Below, one piece after another: positions 63,497-64,000 of a stretch of 64,000 nt of DNA (positions are counted from its first letter, which is position 1; the number at the start of each line of letters is the position of its first letter). Below the pieces are notes generated by a model that had not been told where the DNA came from, ran no database searches, and saw only the letters and a program-made list of their open reading frames with translations. A program made the position numbers and the translations under genes. The DNA comes from Phyllosticta citribraziliensis (Eukaryota), in assembly GCF_038025025.1 (NCBI RefSeq), contig NW_027117349.1, forward strand, positions 62,001-126,000. Reading direction: 5' to 3'.

Positions 63497-63594
63497 TCCG
63501 TTATGGTCTAGTGGCTAGGATTTGTCGCTCTCAGTAGAGGCTCTCAAGCTGTACAAGCGCCGACAAGGCCGGGGTTCAATTCCCCGTGACGGAA
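63497..63594 (+). tRNA. tRNA-Glu(CTC) with 26-nt intron (63534-63559)
   Basis: Acceptor stem TCCGTTA/TGACGGA, D-arm with TGG (A box), anticodon stem TGTCG/CGACA, anticodon CTC at 63530-63532, T-arm CGGGG-TTCAATT-CCCCG, downstream T-tract. Confidence 0.95.
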
Positions 63595-63902
63595 TTACCT
63601 TTTGCTTTTGTCTTCCAATATCTTTTTGTGTGGCGAAAGCCATCGTCGAGCTTTTGCGGGGCAGTTTTGGGCCAACCTAGGCGCAAGAGACCGAGTTTTC
63701 GGTCGCATTTAGACGAAAAACACCAGAAACTGACGCCGGACTACGAAATATAAGTATCACAAGCTACTGCATGTGTTTTGGGTCAGTGAGTGGTCCAGGG
63801 GGCTGTGGGTTGGGTTTCAGGGGGCGGTTGTTCCCCTTACCCTGCTCCCCGCCGGTCGTCGCACAGCACCTGGAACGGCACTACGCGCTGCCGTTTTGTC
63901 CT

Positions 63903-64000
63903 CACAGTGGGCGTCGAAAAAATGAGATCTCCCGGCACAGCGAATGTGCTTAGGGAGCATCCATTTACTACCACAGCTGCGGTCAGGGAGCAGTCGTTCA
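63903..64000 (+). mobile_element. Copy F of CACAGTG-ended element (runs off window end)
   Basis: CACAGTGGGCGTCGAAAAAATGAGATCTCCC followed by GCTTAGGGAGCATCCATTTACTACCACAGCTGC and the next unit GGTCAGGGAGCAGTCGTTCA. Confidence 0.75.

Overview
GC-rich, gene-dense nuclear DNA from a filamentous ascomycete (Pezizomycotina; short GT-AG introns with CTRAY branch points). Species and class cannot be fixed from the sequence alone. It holds about 23 protein-coding loci, mostly housekeeping (CTR9 3' end, MUP-type amino-acid permease, BBE-like FAD oxidase, OCRL-type inositol 5-phosphatase, DCP1, LDAH-like hydrolase, STE3 receptor, MED15, URH1, ferric reductase, gaaC/gaaA, GPI7, SEC12, alpha-actinin, CLA4), plus an intron-containing tRNA-Glu(CTC). 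Three things stand out. (1) A dispersed family of short (about 135-250 bp) elements occurs at least six times. They have inverted termini beginning CACAGTGG (the V(D)J RSS heptamer, a Transib-like end) and 33-bp internal subrepeats, and inverted pairs of them bracket two intronless accessory genes (a DUF3669 kinase-like gene and an F-box gene). (2) A head-to-head gene pair encodes the two halves of the plant Tm-1 protein (UPF0261 and TIM-barrel). The TIM-barrel gene has a 734-nt intron with alternative hairpins over its branch point. (3) A perfect 20-bp palindrome lies in the gaaC/gaaA bidirectional promoter. All protein assignments come from motif recognition by eye; no database search or folding program was run.
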